A stretch of 64,000 bases of DNA from Takakia lepidozioides (GCA_030704615.1 CM060731.1:73470001-73534000); one strand, 5' to 3'; shown: positions 13,201 to 26,100, counted from the first letter of the stretch. The notes: generated by a model not told the origin, from the letters alone. Program-made: numbers and translations.

Positions 13201-16200
13201 ACCAGCAAATTCAGGCAATCGAGGAGTCCTTTAGAGTGGCAAAGCTTTGGCCAGTGCATCAAACCAAGCCGGAACTGGAGCCTGTTGAAATTCTACATTT
13301 ACTGCCTGATTTTGACAGGTACTGTTGGTCACCTGTGTTTGCCCACTCATCCTTCCCCGCCGCTTGGACCAACCTTTGACCCAGGAAGGGCTGATTACTC
13401 TTGGAAGTTCAGCAGAAACACAATTCTTGCCATCAGCATTTTGTTTGTCAATCGCAAAGTAGGAGAATCTCTCTCATACACACATACAAATACACACAAC
13501 TCAAGTTTCAAGGAATGGGATTGCAGGATTGGGGACCAGTTTGTGCACATGATTTTTGACACAGAGCCAACTGCGGACAGTGAGGCACTCTTAAATTTCG
13601 ATCAAGACGCCCGCTATGAAATTGAGGGACGGGTATGTGTTCCTCTGACTTAACTCTTAAGTGGTCCATCTCAAGTTGGGCCTCCATTCTGGGGTATGCG
13701 GAAAGTTAGGCTGTAATAATTGACATGTTCCTTCAAAAGCAGAGTTATGCAATTCAAAATATAAGGACAGGTATTGTTTTGGTGTCAAGCTGGTGATTGG
13801 CTGAACGCGGTTGCGATTACTTGTTTGTCCATACAGGCAATTGTCAAGAGTTACTCTATTCCTGGGACAGATGAGACTCGGCCTGAGAGATTTGTGGGCT
13901 ATATGGTGCCAAAGCCAGAAGAGGTACATGCCCTCTATCAATTGAATGGTCTTCATTGAGAAAGTTGTGGTGGATGTTCATAATCTTGATTATTACCAGT
14001 GGTACTTCAAATGACATACAGAAAGTACAGGTCTCCTCTTGCCAGGTGGTTTGACATTCAGCAGCTTAGACTAGTAAATCTTTACATCATGAGAGCATGT
14101 TTTGAGGTACTATTGCTCAAGGCAAGTCTCTCTCTCTCCGTCTGTGCACCTTCCTCATTCTTCACATTTGCACAATCACATACTGATAAGGTTGATTGTT
14201 GATGCATTTCAGTTGGAAAGGGATGTGTATGATGATGACGAGGAGATACAATATACATGGGTGCGAGAATACCACTGGGATGTGAGACTCTTTCCACCAA
14301 CCCTCAATTTCACTTCTTGAGTTGATTTCAACGGATTTGAGGTTAATGCCTTTGCAACCCTTGTATGGCCTTCTGGTGGTTTGCAAGCCTACAGATCAGT
14401 AATGAGACCAATAATTTCCAGGTCGCACTGTATGTGGCTCTAAAATTTGCACCTCTCCTTGACCAAGCAGTGGCCCTTACAGGTTGAAGAAGCAGTACAA
14501 TGTATTCAGGCTGCAGCTGATTCTGTAGTGCTTGAGTAGTGCATTCTCGGGGCATGGTATAAGCCTCTTTTCCATGAGATGGACACAGCTGAGCCCAAGT
14601 GGGCTGTGAAGTATACGTGGTGTGTATTGTTTGTCTAAGTGAGATATTGACAGTCTAATCCTGGAGTTTTACTTCATGCAGATGAGACAAGATGATTCAC
14701 AAACGTATGTCTTTTGCTTTGGCGAGGATGCTGTACATTACCTGGTATGACCATATGGCTGTTGAACACACACACACACACTCTCTCTCTCTCTCTCTCT
14801 CTCTCCCTCTCTCTGTCTCCCGGTTCTGCTCAAACTGGGCGTTGGGTCAATGGCCACAAGGCTACGGCAAACAACGTCTTATGAGTACAATCTCTCCTGC
14901 CCTGCCCTGCACACAGCCCAGAGAGACGGGCAGAAGCTTCCTGTGCCCTGCACATCCCCAAGCATGTGGTAAACGCAGGGCTATTAAACTAAAATCAATA
15001 ACTCTGCAACTGGGGCTGTCGTGTTTGCATGCGGACAAGTGCCCAAAGTGCCCCTGTGAGCGCCTCAATGGCAGTTGGTGGAAAATAAGTTTATACCTGC
15101 AGCTGAGCTGCGGGGATAAGTTTAGTTTCCAGCAACTGCTGCGGAGATGAGCTAAACCCTGGTGGGTGCGAACCCCACAAAAAGTTCCGGGAGAGTTTAG
15201 TTTCCCGCGGGGTCAATGGCCGTAAGGCTATGGCGAGCCAACGTTCGCAGGGAATGCCATAAATACATTCTCTCTCTCTCTCTCTCTCTCTCCACCAACT
15301 TCCAAATCTTGAGGCTGAGCCTAAAGCCCTGGCCCTGTTGGGTTGTAAGTTTTGGGCTGCTCATAAATGGGCTGATGCCAAACTTTGGCTAGAAGAAAGG
15401 TGGTGGACTGTTTTGAAGAATGCTGCAAGCTATAACAAAAGGTGGGTTTACTTTGTCTGAGCAAAACTCGTTTTCGAGTGATGATGTAAGGGATGAACTT
15501 GCTTGGCTTTCTATTAGGCTTTCCAGATACTCTCTGGATATGAGTACATTCTATCCCTTATTCTGAACACTTCCTTGTAGTACAACCACAGATGTGTGTT
15601 TGGTTGATGATCAGTACTGAGATAAACCTCATTCTTTCTAGTGTGGTGTAGTGAGCCAAAAGTCCACACCCCAATTCTTTGTAACTGGATTGTCACCAGC
15701 TACGGGCAAACTCAATGGCAATTGTTTGCTTAGTCTCTCGTATACTGAGGTGGGCTTAAACTTGTGACCAACTTGAGCATAGTATCCAACAAGGACTGAA
15801 AGAGTGTATGTCATGGCCCCACTGTTTGCAGGCAGTCATGCAGATGCTACTAAGGGTTTTGGTGTTTGTCTATTTCTGGCTAGGAGTCTCACTTTTCCCT
15901 GTTGCTTGCTTGGCAGCCCCTTAGTACAAAACTAGTATTGCAGAAGAAGAAGGCCAAAGAGGGAAAGTCTAAGCATGATGTTGACCGAGATGTTGACCGT
16001 GATTTTCCCATACCATCAAGTATAACTGTGCTCCGACGGGATGCCACCAATGACGAGGATGAGCAACGGGATTTGCTTAGACAAAGTTTCTTGGAGGTGA
16101 GTTTGTAAGTCTGAGTCTGTGTCTTGTGGTCAATGTGGGTCTTCTCTCTCATAGTCCTGTCAATCTACTGTTAGATCTTGTTTCTCCTGGCACCTTGGGT

Positions 16201-16498
16201 TTTGATGGATGTTTTTGGGCCCTGCTTATGATCAAGTGCTTTTTCTGATGCTTTTTCTTTCAATAGAATTTCGTGGAGGTTGGGTTAGACAAATCTGCTT
16301 TCCTTGCATTTGCACATACAACTGCTTTGAATGCTGACATGCTGCTTGACCATGCCATGGCTTTTCCAGGGAAGTGCATCAACCGCCCAAGGTGGTCGCC
16401 TGAAACGCCAACGATCCCCAGAAATCATTTCAACCAGTTCTAAACGGAAAGGGCCTAGGGAAGAGTTGAGTGATGAGGAAGATGAGCTTTCTGTGTAG
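10254..16498 (+). CDS. PAF1: RNA polymerase II-associated factor 1 homolog (PAF1/ELF7), multi-exon
   Basis: Pro-rich exon 10254-10640, then KIENRLKRPSTFLCKIK|FRNELPD (~11300-11560), YTKYTLTTLEK..EPDLGIPLDLLD (12071-12178), RPTDKGVAWLVKTQYISPL (12430-12609), QIQAIEESF..PVHQTKPELEPVEILHLLPDF (13199-13318), YTWVREYHWD (14213-14281), PLSTKLVLQKKKAKEGK (15917-16096), and a last exon 16370-16498. Confidence 0.93.
14821..14898 (+). mobile_element. Extreme 3' end of a non-LTR retroelement, inserted after (CA)n(CT)n in a PAF1 intron
   Basis: ctgctcaaactgggcgttgggtcaatggccacaaggctacggcaaacaacgtcttatgagtacaatctctc matches the 3' terminus of the LINE at 27564-27620 (minus strand). Confidence 0.8.
14899..15292 (+). 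mobile_element. Second, divergent retroelement 3' fragment ending in a (CT)n tail
   Basis: Ends cgcggggtcaatggccgtaaggctatggc...taaatacattctctctct, which has the same terminal motifs as the LINE tail but a different upstream sequence. The left boundary is uncertain. Confidence 0.55.
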
Positions 16499-19191
16499 CA
16501 GTCCAAGAGACCTTCTGTAGTTAGTTTTAAAATGGATTCTGTCCACTGGGTGTTTTGGGTCAAATGCAAATTGTTTACACATAAAATTGAGTTAAAAGCA
16601 GAAACTCAAGGAGAGCCGTGGATCACGAGGAATTGAAAGCCCCCGAGGCACTACAGGATATGACTGGCTACACTTGCAGGATCAATAGAATATCTGACTA
16701 TGACAACCGAAAATTTAAACCTACCCCTACTTCATGCACACATTACAATGCTCAAGTCTTCCATTGAGGAGAGGAAGGATGAAAATTCGTGAAAGCGTTT
16801 TCCGAGCCACCTGGTAAGTTGTCTCCTTCTGGTTTTGCTTTAACATAGCCTTCGTGCCTCCATTGTTGCACAACTAACTGCATGTTGAAAACACATGGAC
16901 CCAACCATGGACAGACTTATTACTAAATGCATGATAAGATTAGGGGGCAATCAAGAGGAAACAAAATAAGTACCCACCAATGGTTTGGAAAATTTGAAGG
17001 TCAGGGAAATGGAGATGGTGGGAGAAACCAATAGGGAGGCAGGAACAGGGTGCACTAGAGTGATGCAGTGCAGCATCAGGATGAAGACGCGGCCGGGCGC
17101 CAAGTGTGAGACTGTGCACACAAGCCTCTTGGAAAGCTCAAGTTACCGCTTGACATAAAAGAGAGGGTGGTGTGTGCTTTGCCTGGCTCTTCCTGCCTCC
17201 AACGATTCCTTGCATTTCCATACTACCTAGTATGACAGATTTATGGTCCAAATAAAAGTGTGGAAGACTTTGTGTCCAACAACAAAGATCAGAGATGTGA
17301 AGACTATGACCTGGATAAACTGTTCATGGAGGGGAAGGATTTCCAGTAGGTAGGGAGGCTGAACATGTCGAGTCAAAGTGGTTCAAGCTTTAACCCGGTC
17401 CCAGATATATCAAAATTTAAGGAGGGCAAGAGTGTTTCTGCTTGACAGTCAATGGAGAGACGAAGGAGAACAGAGCACACATAAGAGCAAATCTCTGCAA
17501 ATTTCCAAGTCTCTTCACTTTCCCTCTTTTATAGAATCTGGTAAGAATTGGGTTGGGTAAAAAAGGACCCTGAGTTTTTGCTGAAGCAGGAGGTGGTGTT
17601 TCACACCTCATGCCCTGTGTTCTGAAGCAAAAGCAGAGTGAAGCTTGGGATTGCTTTCTTAATCCTCTTGATTTCGTCTGTTCTAATGCATTGTCTCTTC
17701 GCGAAGTGACTCAAAACTTCTGGTCGGCCTTCTCTGACATGACTCTAGTCCCTCCTTCATCCTGATGGTATGACCTTGCCCGATTATTCACAGATTTGGA
17801 CTGTGACCCTTTCTCTAAGCGGCCTTGATATCTACAGCTCACCAGTGATGTGATCCTGATGACTTTCTCTATTATCAATCCCTGGGATCATTGTGGGTTG
17901 GATCCTGCTACAGTCTGAAGAGAGCAGTGGTGCTCCTCACATGGCCAGGAGAGCAGCCAGACAAGACCTGCATGCATCAAGTGTATAGACTATAATTTTT
18001 GGTCCTGGTGGTCTTTTCAATGCTGGCTTCCTGAATATCCTTGGCGACTAGCCATGCATTTGCCGAAGTGTACAACTGGAACAACTATTTACTACACAGT
18101 CAGGAAGACTCAGATTGCTAAGTTCATCTTGTTCCTCCAGTGAAGAGTTGCTCACAAGCAAGTTGCTATGAACCATTTTCTTGAGGCAAGTGCTGTTGAA
18201 TTCCTGAGTCAGTTCTATGCCATGTTAAGCTCTTCTAAGAAATTAAATGTCTCAAAAACAGATGTAATCTTGTACATAGGTTCATCACACATGCAGCAAT
18301 TACTTCCCTTAAACAGATTCCAACGGTTTCCAGAATGGCACTAAGGAATTCAAAAGGCAGCTAAGGAATTGCGAGTCCATGTGCAGTTTATTGTCTTTCC
18401 GACAAGATCACCAGTAAACATCAGCTGCAATCAAAGGCACTTGGATCACTCAAGTAGCAGTTAATGCACTTTCTCCTTTACCTTGCTGACTACCATCTAG
18501 CAAAGAAGTTGGGATGCATTAACAACGTCAAGCAACATCAAGCAATTTGGAAAGGAAATTCATGACTTACAGATTGGGTCTAGGTCCATGAAGTGCCTCC
18601 AACAAATTTTTCTGTCATTTGAGTAGTCACCAATTTGTGAAGCTGTAAAGCGATACCCCGTGGGTGAACATGCATATCCTCAAGGAGCAGCTACTATGAC
18701 CATTTGCCTGTGCTGCACTTGAATGCAGTTAACATTCCAGCACTGGTAAATTCATGACTCACTTGGAGATATGTAATAAGCAAGTTGACCCTCCTATTTC
18801 AAAGATCTCTCCTTCTGAATGGAGTGGTCCTGTTTTAGTTACACGTCTCACAATGTCCACCACAGTGGATGACGTCATCCTGTACTAGTACACAGCTTCA
18901 ACGTCAACTTCTCAGGACCTGCTCAGCTCAATGTCACTGCAGCACCGTTCTTCTCCAGATGAAAAGGGCCAAGAGACCCCCAGCCAACGAGTCTTTTAAG
19001 GCCTGACAGGGAGGCAGGGAAAACCACACCTGCAGCGGCGAAAAAACTAACAAACTTTTCCTGCAGTGTATTGTCTTCACAAAATGAGAAGCAATAGTCG
19101 GAGAATGTGGGTTGAAGGCCTACGGAGTCTACCTGCAACCTCCTCTAAAACTTGCAATAAGCTCTCCAACTTCAAGCTATCAACAACCTTC

Positions 19192-21456
19192 TCAACTGGA
19201 GTCATCCTCTCCAGCCAAAACTGGAGTGTCATGGTGCTCTTTCATAGAGACACCCATTAAGTCACTAGGGGTTGAGGCAGGATCAAGCTCCCAAGATTCT
19301 GTAGGCACACCCGGACTCTCACTGCCATGCATCCGGTGTGCAGGTATCCGGTGAGAGAATCTCCCCAAAACATGCTTGGATGGAATCCAGAAGGATAGTG
19401 CATCACCTCCTGCCTTGAACAGGGTTTTGAAACCCCTCACTTTTGCTACTGGTACCACTTTCACACCTTTTCCCTTTGAAAATTTACTCAGAACTTCCAC
19501 CAACTCATAATCATATTTCAAATCATCAACCCCCTTCTGAGGATGCCACTTGTCCCAGTCTTTATAGAGAGCCCAGACCTCCCCAGATCCAGGGTAGAGT
19601 CTAAATACTCCCTTCCCATCTACTTTGATGTCAATCCTGTGAGAAAAAGCAGGAAGCTGCTGCGGACACACACTAGCCAGCATGAACTCTCCGCACGAGG
19701 CAGAGAGGGATGCTGATGGGACTAACCAAGAGGGTTTAACTGCTTGACTCACGGGCTCCAACCAGATAACCGAAACCTCGAAAGGGTCATGCGACACGCT
19801 GCGGATGCGGCCATAAAACCGGGGCATTCCATCATGGTCATCATACAGGGCCCAGAACTGATCGTTCTCTATGTCCTTCTCTGTGCGCTTCTCATCAAAC
19901 TCATGGAAATCTGCATTTACAACATGAATCTGTCTCTGTTCTTCAAGAGTCGGAGTATTCATCACAAGAACCATGGGGGCTGGCCATACACTGACCTGTG
20001 GCGTCACCCCGCCTTCTGCTGTTTTTAAGCTGCTCATGTTTCTTCCAGTATTCCCCTTCTTAGTATTTGTCCGCTTTTGTGATGACGTTGGTTTTACATT
20101 TGACTTGCCGGGGGAGTTTTTCTGACTCCTCTGTCCACCGGCCTCAACCCTGGGAGACCCAAGTCCAACGAATGGTGCCAGCACCTGCATCCCTTCTTCA
20201 ACCAGACCTTCCGTGCTGTACAAAGGTGGAGCCTCTCCGTTCTTCTTAGGAGTTTTCCTTCGTGCTTTTGTCTGCTCTCTCCCAGTCCCTTTCTTTCCTG
20301 TTGCTTCACCTGTCCCCAGCCCATTGGACACACCTTGGGGCTTCAAACTCAAATATTCCTTCTTCTTTCCCTCCGCATTTTTGGTCAAAAATCTATAGAG
20401 AACTGCCTGGTTGTCAATCAAGTTGACTTGGTGGGGAGGGGTGCCCTCCACACTCTCCTCAATGTTTACTGCGGCACTAAAATCTTCTTGACTCTCTGCA
20501 TTACAATCACTCAACTCTTCATTCCATTTGCTTTCACGACTTTGCTCACCTTCTGTCAGGTCACCTTTGTCGCTGCAATCCCCACAATTGGATCCCGCTG
20601 GTCCGCCCTCTTTTCTCCCGTTGGCTGGCGCAGCTGCTCCAGCCCTGGGCTGTAACTGTCCATGAATGGCGTGAACCTCATTTACAGCAGCCCCGTTCAA
20701 ACCCGATAAGCCTTCAGCTGTTGCGATTGCTCTAATGGCCATTGGAGAACAGGGCTGACCCGAGGGGCTGACAGGCCCCACCACTCGTATCGACTTTCTT
20801 TTAGCTGACTCCCTCTCAATGTCATGCGCCCCCACTCGCTTACCGCTGGCGTGAGACTGGTGCAAAGCTCTCTCTTCTTCCATAGTGGGCTCATCTTCTT
20901 CCTCGTTTTTCAACAACTCCAGCTTTTCTTGCAGCTTTGACTTCTCGTTCTCAAGTTGACAAACACGAATCTCCAATGCTGCAGTCATTCTTACCCAGGT
21001 CCGCTGCGTTTTTGCCATTTCCCCCTTAAGGTCCGTGGTGACATCCATCCCGAACTGCAACATTTCTATCATCACACTCCGCATGGGTACCTCCATGAGG
21101 GTCAAATCTATAGACAACCCTCTAGTTTTCTCTTCACCCCCCAGAGTGCACAGTAGCCGCACGGTGCCATCACGCACAAAATGCAAGGAGTAGATGGAAT
21201 CAGGCTTCTGCTCGCTGAGGTGCAAGTGAGCCTCCTCGATATAGACGTCCTCTGAGACATACCACTTCTTTGCGCGATGCGCAATGATTTTCTCTGTTGC
21301 GCATATAGACCAAGCATGAAACCCATCTAAAATCCACAGACTGAAGTTTGTTGCAAACCACGATCCCTTCACGTAAATGGAGTTGCAATCATACGCAAAA
21401 CCTACTCTCTCCACATTCTTCAGCTGCACAAATGTCGTGTTTCCCAGCGCAGCCAT
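19192..21456 (-). CDS. Intronless protein: XRCC4-like N-terminal head and coiled coil, low-complexity linker, C-terminal DUF3444
   Basis: The N-terminal IYVKGSWFATNFSLWILDGFHAWSICATEKIIAHRAKKW..YIEEAHLHLSEQKPDSIYS matches plant XRCC4 as recalled (IFVKGTW..DG..W...ATE....RA..W....Y...A...L..Q.P.S.YS). The C-terminal DFHEFD..QFWALYDDHDGMPRFY..FSH..YP..GEVWALYKDW..YELVEVL..RFSHRIP..WELDPASTP is typical of DUF3444. One 754-codon open frame. Confidence 0.85.
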   Translation of the reverse strand: MAALGNTTFVQLKNVERVGFAYDCNSIYVKGSWFATNFSLWILDGFHAWSICATEKIIAHRAKKWYVSEDVYIEEAHLHLSEQKPDSIYSLHFVRDGTVRLLCTLGGEEKTRGLSIDLTLMEVPMRSVMIEMLQFGMDVTTDLKGEMAKTQRTWVRMTAALEIRVCQLENEKSKLQEKLELLKNEEEDEPTMEEERALHQSHASGKRVGAHDIERESAKRKSIRVVGPVSPSGQPCSPMAIRAIATAEGLSGLNGAAVNEVHAIHGQLQPRAGAAAPANGRKEGGPAGSNCGDCSDKGDLTEGEQSRESKWNEELSDCNAESQEDFSAAVNIEESVEGTPPHQVNLIDNQAVLYRFLTKNAEGKKKEYLSLKPQGVSNGLGTGEATGKKGTGREQTKARRKTPKKNGEAPPLYSTEGLVEEGMQVLAPFVGLGSPRVEAGGQRSQKNSPGKSNVKPTSSQKRTNTKKGNTGRNMSSLKTAEGGVTPQVSVWPAPMVLVMNTPTLEEQRQIHVVNADFHEFDEKRTEKDIENDQFWALYDDHDGMPRFYGRIRSVSHDPFEVSVIWLEPVSQAVKPSWLVPSASLSASCGEFMLASVCPQQLPAFSHRIDIKVDGKGVFRLYPGSGEVWALYKDWDKWHPQKGVDDLKYDYELVEVLSKFSKGKGVKVVPVAKVRGFKTLFKAGGDALSFWIPSKHVLGRFSHRIPAHRMHGSESPGVPTESWELDPASTPSDLMGVSMKEHHDTPVLAGEDDSS

Positions 21457-23190
21457 CACAAGCTACTCACGACCTTCCCTCACTCCAACCAAATATACTC
21501 TCTCTCCCTCTCTGCAAGAGCATAATTGACTTGGAAATGTCCTAGGCTTCCACAGAATCTACCCTCCTTCCACGGCCTGGAACCGCAAGACCACCACACC
21601 TAATCACAACAGACTCTCCGACTCCTGTCCTATTCCTCGCCCCTTTCAACACAAACTCCTCCGCAGCAAAGCAAGTTCCTCGGAGAAAAAATTGTGGAAA
21701 TCAAAGATACCATAGACTTTACCTTCACCTTCACCACATACTCAACAAGACTCCTTCTCTATCTCTAAGTTACCATCTCCGCCATCGCTCGCCCTCTCTG
21801 CGAAGCTCGAGAGTGACCAAGAGTTCTGGAGATCCGTGCAGCGAAGGAACTTCCTCTCTCTCGCCTCCTCTCTCACGAGAGTCTTACCACGCACCCGAGT
21901 GATCGTGGGTTCAATTCCTGGAAAGTACATTTCACACACTAGAAGCTCGGGTTTGGAAAGCTCTCAATTGTTGGCGGCTCTTCAATGGGACCCGGATTTC
22001 AGAAAGTTAAGCAAAAAAATGGGGTGACTGCTCTTACCCAAAGAGGAATGAATCATCTAACCCTTTTCTCTTCTTCTTTTTCTTTTTCTTTTTCTTTTTT
22101 ACATTCAAATTATCGTTATATCGTTATATCCTTAGTATCCAAAGTATCTTTATTTTTTAATTGTATTTTTCTTTTAGAAAATACCAAAATTGCAATTTAG
22201 CAGGTGCACCTATGAGGGTAACTTGCGAACCACTTAGATTGACGGGTTATTTTTTCCCGCCTCCTTTTCTTAATTTGATCAACAGGGCTTCTGTCCCCTT
22301 TTTATTTATTTTTTAAATAGTTATTTTCCAAAATGGTTACAATCCCAAGTTGGAAAGAACGACAATAGGGGACATGGTGCGCCAAAATAGGAACAAGATC
22401 TTCTCTGCTTCCCAAAAAAAGCATAATTTCATTAAACTTTAACCAAAGAATTCTGTCCTATATACAGCCCATTCGAATCTCGTTCTATTAACCCAAAAAA
22501 TAAAACAAAAACAAAAGCCATTACATGACCTCGAAGGTTAAAAGTTAAAAGTACAAAAGGTTATTACTGTTTTTACGTTTTTACCCTTGCCACAGTCGTA
22601 CTTCTCTTGGAGTCGCAAGTGAGAACCAGTCCCGAATTCACTTGCGAGAACAGGGAAATCGTGAAATTTTTCACTCCTTGCTTCTATCGTCGGGATTCCC
22701 ACCAACCCCCTCGCCGGAATTCCTGGTTCAGGAATTCTTTTTAATTGAAATCCCGGGCAACGTTTCCCACGACTTTATGTCATGACATACATGGGCGGCA
22801 ACCTATGTAGGATGTACATGTGAACATATGTATGAAACATCCATGTTATGACATGGCAAGCCACTTGGATGACATGATCCGCGTCACATGGCTGTTGTAC
22901 ATAAAAGCGGATGGCATACCTAGAGTCATTTTTTGAGAGATTACAATTTTACAGAAATTTCAAACAAATCTCTCAAGCTGCTTGAAAACAAGTGCAGGGT
23001 GAGTCTTTTGAATGCTTGCAAAGAGAGAACCTTGCCCTGCATCAGATAATGGAGGCTGTTATCATCCCTACAACTATAAATCGGCCAGGTCTCCTTCCTC
23101 CATGGAGAAAGAGAAAGGAAGGGAGAAAGAGCGAAGGCTCAGAGCCCCAGAACCCAAGAACTGCAAGCTCACAAAATGCAAACAATGTTT

Positions 23191-26100
23191 CTAGAGCTCC
23201 ACGTCTATTTCAATCTTTCTGGTCTGGGGAGCATGCTCGGATGCCTCCAGCCTAACACGCAAATGCAGATGCTTCAAAAACAGAGCACCGTCAGGAACTT
23301 CCCTCACCTCTTTGCAATCAATTAGGGGGGGCCTTAAAGTTGGGAGCTGTTTGCAATTGTTGTTGCTATTTGTAGGGGACGAATTTCTAGAAACTGAGTA
23401 CCCTGTGCTTTGCAGGGGTGGCAAAGGGGAAACCCTTGGGCTGTCATGCTTCAAATAGAGAACTGCATCAAATACCACCTGCAGAAGACAAAGCACGCTC
23501 CAGCGTTGGTTTGCAGCAAAATTGCAAAGCTAGTTAGAAGGTTGTTAGAGGGCCATGAGTGAGAAAGGTGAGAGGATCAGTACAAAATAGACAAATATTG
23601 TCGTAGCCTCGATGTCCTCAGTAGATCATGCACTTCAATTGCCGAGTAACGAAGGAAGCAAATGTATCATTGTGTATCCTTAAGGGCATAGTCCCCAGAG
23701 GATACCTGACTCACCAGAGCCGTAGCCCACCAAGGTGATGGAACTAAGAACCAGAATTGCCTAAAGCTCGTGCAGAGGTAATGACAAACTCGTTAAACAA
23801 AATAGCTGATTAGATAGCTAGCAATGACACCACACTAGTATAATGTTGAATACAGCACTACTGCTGTAGCCTTCACCTGTACAAATAAACTGAGAGAGAG
23901 AGAGAGAAGAGGATCGATATTTCTGGTTTATACAGTGTCCTAAGGCATTTCCCCTTTTCTCGCAAAATAACAAGAAGAAAGGAAACAGAGAGAGACTGAC
24001 CTCTCCAGTCCCAAGAGAGACATCCACCATGGAGTAAAATGGTAACCCTGAAGACGATGGCTCTGGCATAGAAAGTCCTTCCTCAGGTTCCTCGAGACTG
24101 TCTCCATAAACATCCACTAGAAACTGATGGGCTATGCCAACCTGCACAATGGATGCTTGCAGATTAATATACTTGGTTATTCTATCTTGACATAAATAAA
24201 AGTCCACATGTTTTGCAGCTTGTAATGAACTGGAGTCATTGTGCTTGAAAACTTCAAACAAACCCTCTAGTCTTTCAAAGGGAAGAAAAAAGTTCATCAC
24301 AGCCTATGGACTTGGACAGGGGGACATTCCAAGTTAACCTACCCTGCCTGGATGACCTTCAATCACCGGATGCAGGTACAAATAATACCTTGCATTGCTT
24401 CCTGAGTAACATTGAGAGTGAAGTTCTATTCAAATCAAACACACGATAAGTTTTTGGAGAGATATACTCTTCCTCCTTCCATACACGCCTTCCACTTCCA
24501 AGTGACTCTGTTGTCTCTTGACTCCTTGTTCAACATGTTCCATGCGTAACATGTAGTCACACAGATGGAGCTCACTGTGACAGAAGAGATAAAAATCCCA
24601 AACAGCGCTTCCTCTCCCTGTTTTGTTTGCACAGGTGCCACATCAAAGCAATGACTGACATTTGTTCACCTGGTGAGATGATAGTACGCCGCCTAGAACT
24701 GAGAGCTCTACCAGACTGCCTCTCCCTTGGCGCCACAGGCATCCCTCGTCCACTCGGTCTGCCAGACTTGTCCCTCTTGGCAAAGTCACGTCCACACATA
24801 AAAGACACTTACCTGGACACAGAATTGCAGCATTGCACAAATTTTGAATTTCCGCTGAGAGGGTCTTAAGGCTCAGCTTCAGGGGGAATATGGAAGACTA
24901 AGCCCTAGAAAGAGAAGTCTTAGCATGTTTGGATGGATCCATACAAATCAACTGAGCAGTCCAGTTGTTGCAGCTTACCAGGTTGAACCTGGAACACCTC
25001 AATGTGCTCTTGAAAACTCTGCTGTTGATGGCCTTCTTCTAGAGACCTACCATCAGAGCTCACACCGGACACCACACCAAAGAGAACAGACACAAGTTGG
25101 TGAACAGTAATTTACTGAGCCCCAAGTGGGCCACACATGCCCTTAGCAAGGTTTTGTATCTTGTTTTCTGATCCTGAGTCCACATTATACTACGGGTAGG
25201 ATGACAAGGGCAGTAGGCAACAGAGGTTGGTGGGAGGGGACACAGACAAAGGAGAAATGAAATCCTAACAAAAACAGCTTCACTGGTTATACCCCGAAGC
25301 CATAGTTTTTACCATAGTTTGGAACCGCCTTTCTATTTACCCAATGCGGATGGGCCTCTAGCCTTGGTTTTGAGTTTGACATATAACTAAGATTGAGAAC
25401 AAAGAAAGACAGAGTGATACATATAACAGGGCAGATGCTTCTAAGGATATCTTTAGAAGTTATGGCACTTGATGTCCACTTTCTTTAGAAAGCTCAACAC
25501 AAGGTACTCTTACATCCACTGGAAAGACAACAAATCTTATGTTTCCAGATGGACCAACCGGCTGGGAACTTGTCTTTGGACTGGCAGAGACCACCAGGAT
25601 GGCAACCCAAGAAGCCCGAGATTGGACAGCTGCAGCGTGGTAATATTCCCAGTGCTCAGTTCCATCTTCAGTATTTGGTGGCTTTCTGCACAAACCAGAC
25701 ATTGTCCCTTAAATGTCATTGCAAAATTATTCACACCATTTGCGTTACTTGTAAGAAATGGTTGATCCCTACAAGGACAAGTGGAAATGAGGACTATATT
25801 TGATTCTAATGTCCCCCACGGATTATGAATTCCAAGAGGGGGATTTTCTGGTTCTTCCATAAGGACATATCCCTTCGTTCAAGAGGAGCTGCAGCAAATA
25901 AAAGTTAAGTGATGTAGGTGAACAACTGACTTGATAAGGTAGGGTCTTGTGATCCAAACAAACAGGTGGTGCACTGAGCATGGGCAACCTGTTCCATATC
26001 TCTCAAGACCTCAAGAGAAAAAGGATAGAGACCAGGACTGCGAGAAAATCACCTGCACTCCCTAAGCAAGTTCAATACAAAGGTTGAACAATGGGATCCC

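Noticed and set aside
21880-21930. tRNA-like B box GGTTCAATTCC
   Set aside because: No A box, acceptor stem or cloverleaf could be built; at most a SINE remnant.
25441-25450. Perfect U12 AT-AC donor ATATCCTTAG on the NHL gene strand
   Set aside because: It lies inside an intron whose GT-AG ends (~25558 and ~25048) already join in phase; no matching branch point or AC acceptor was found.
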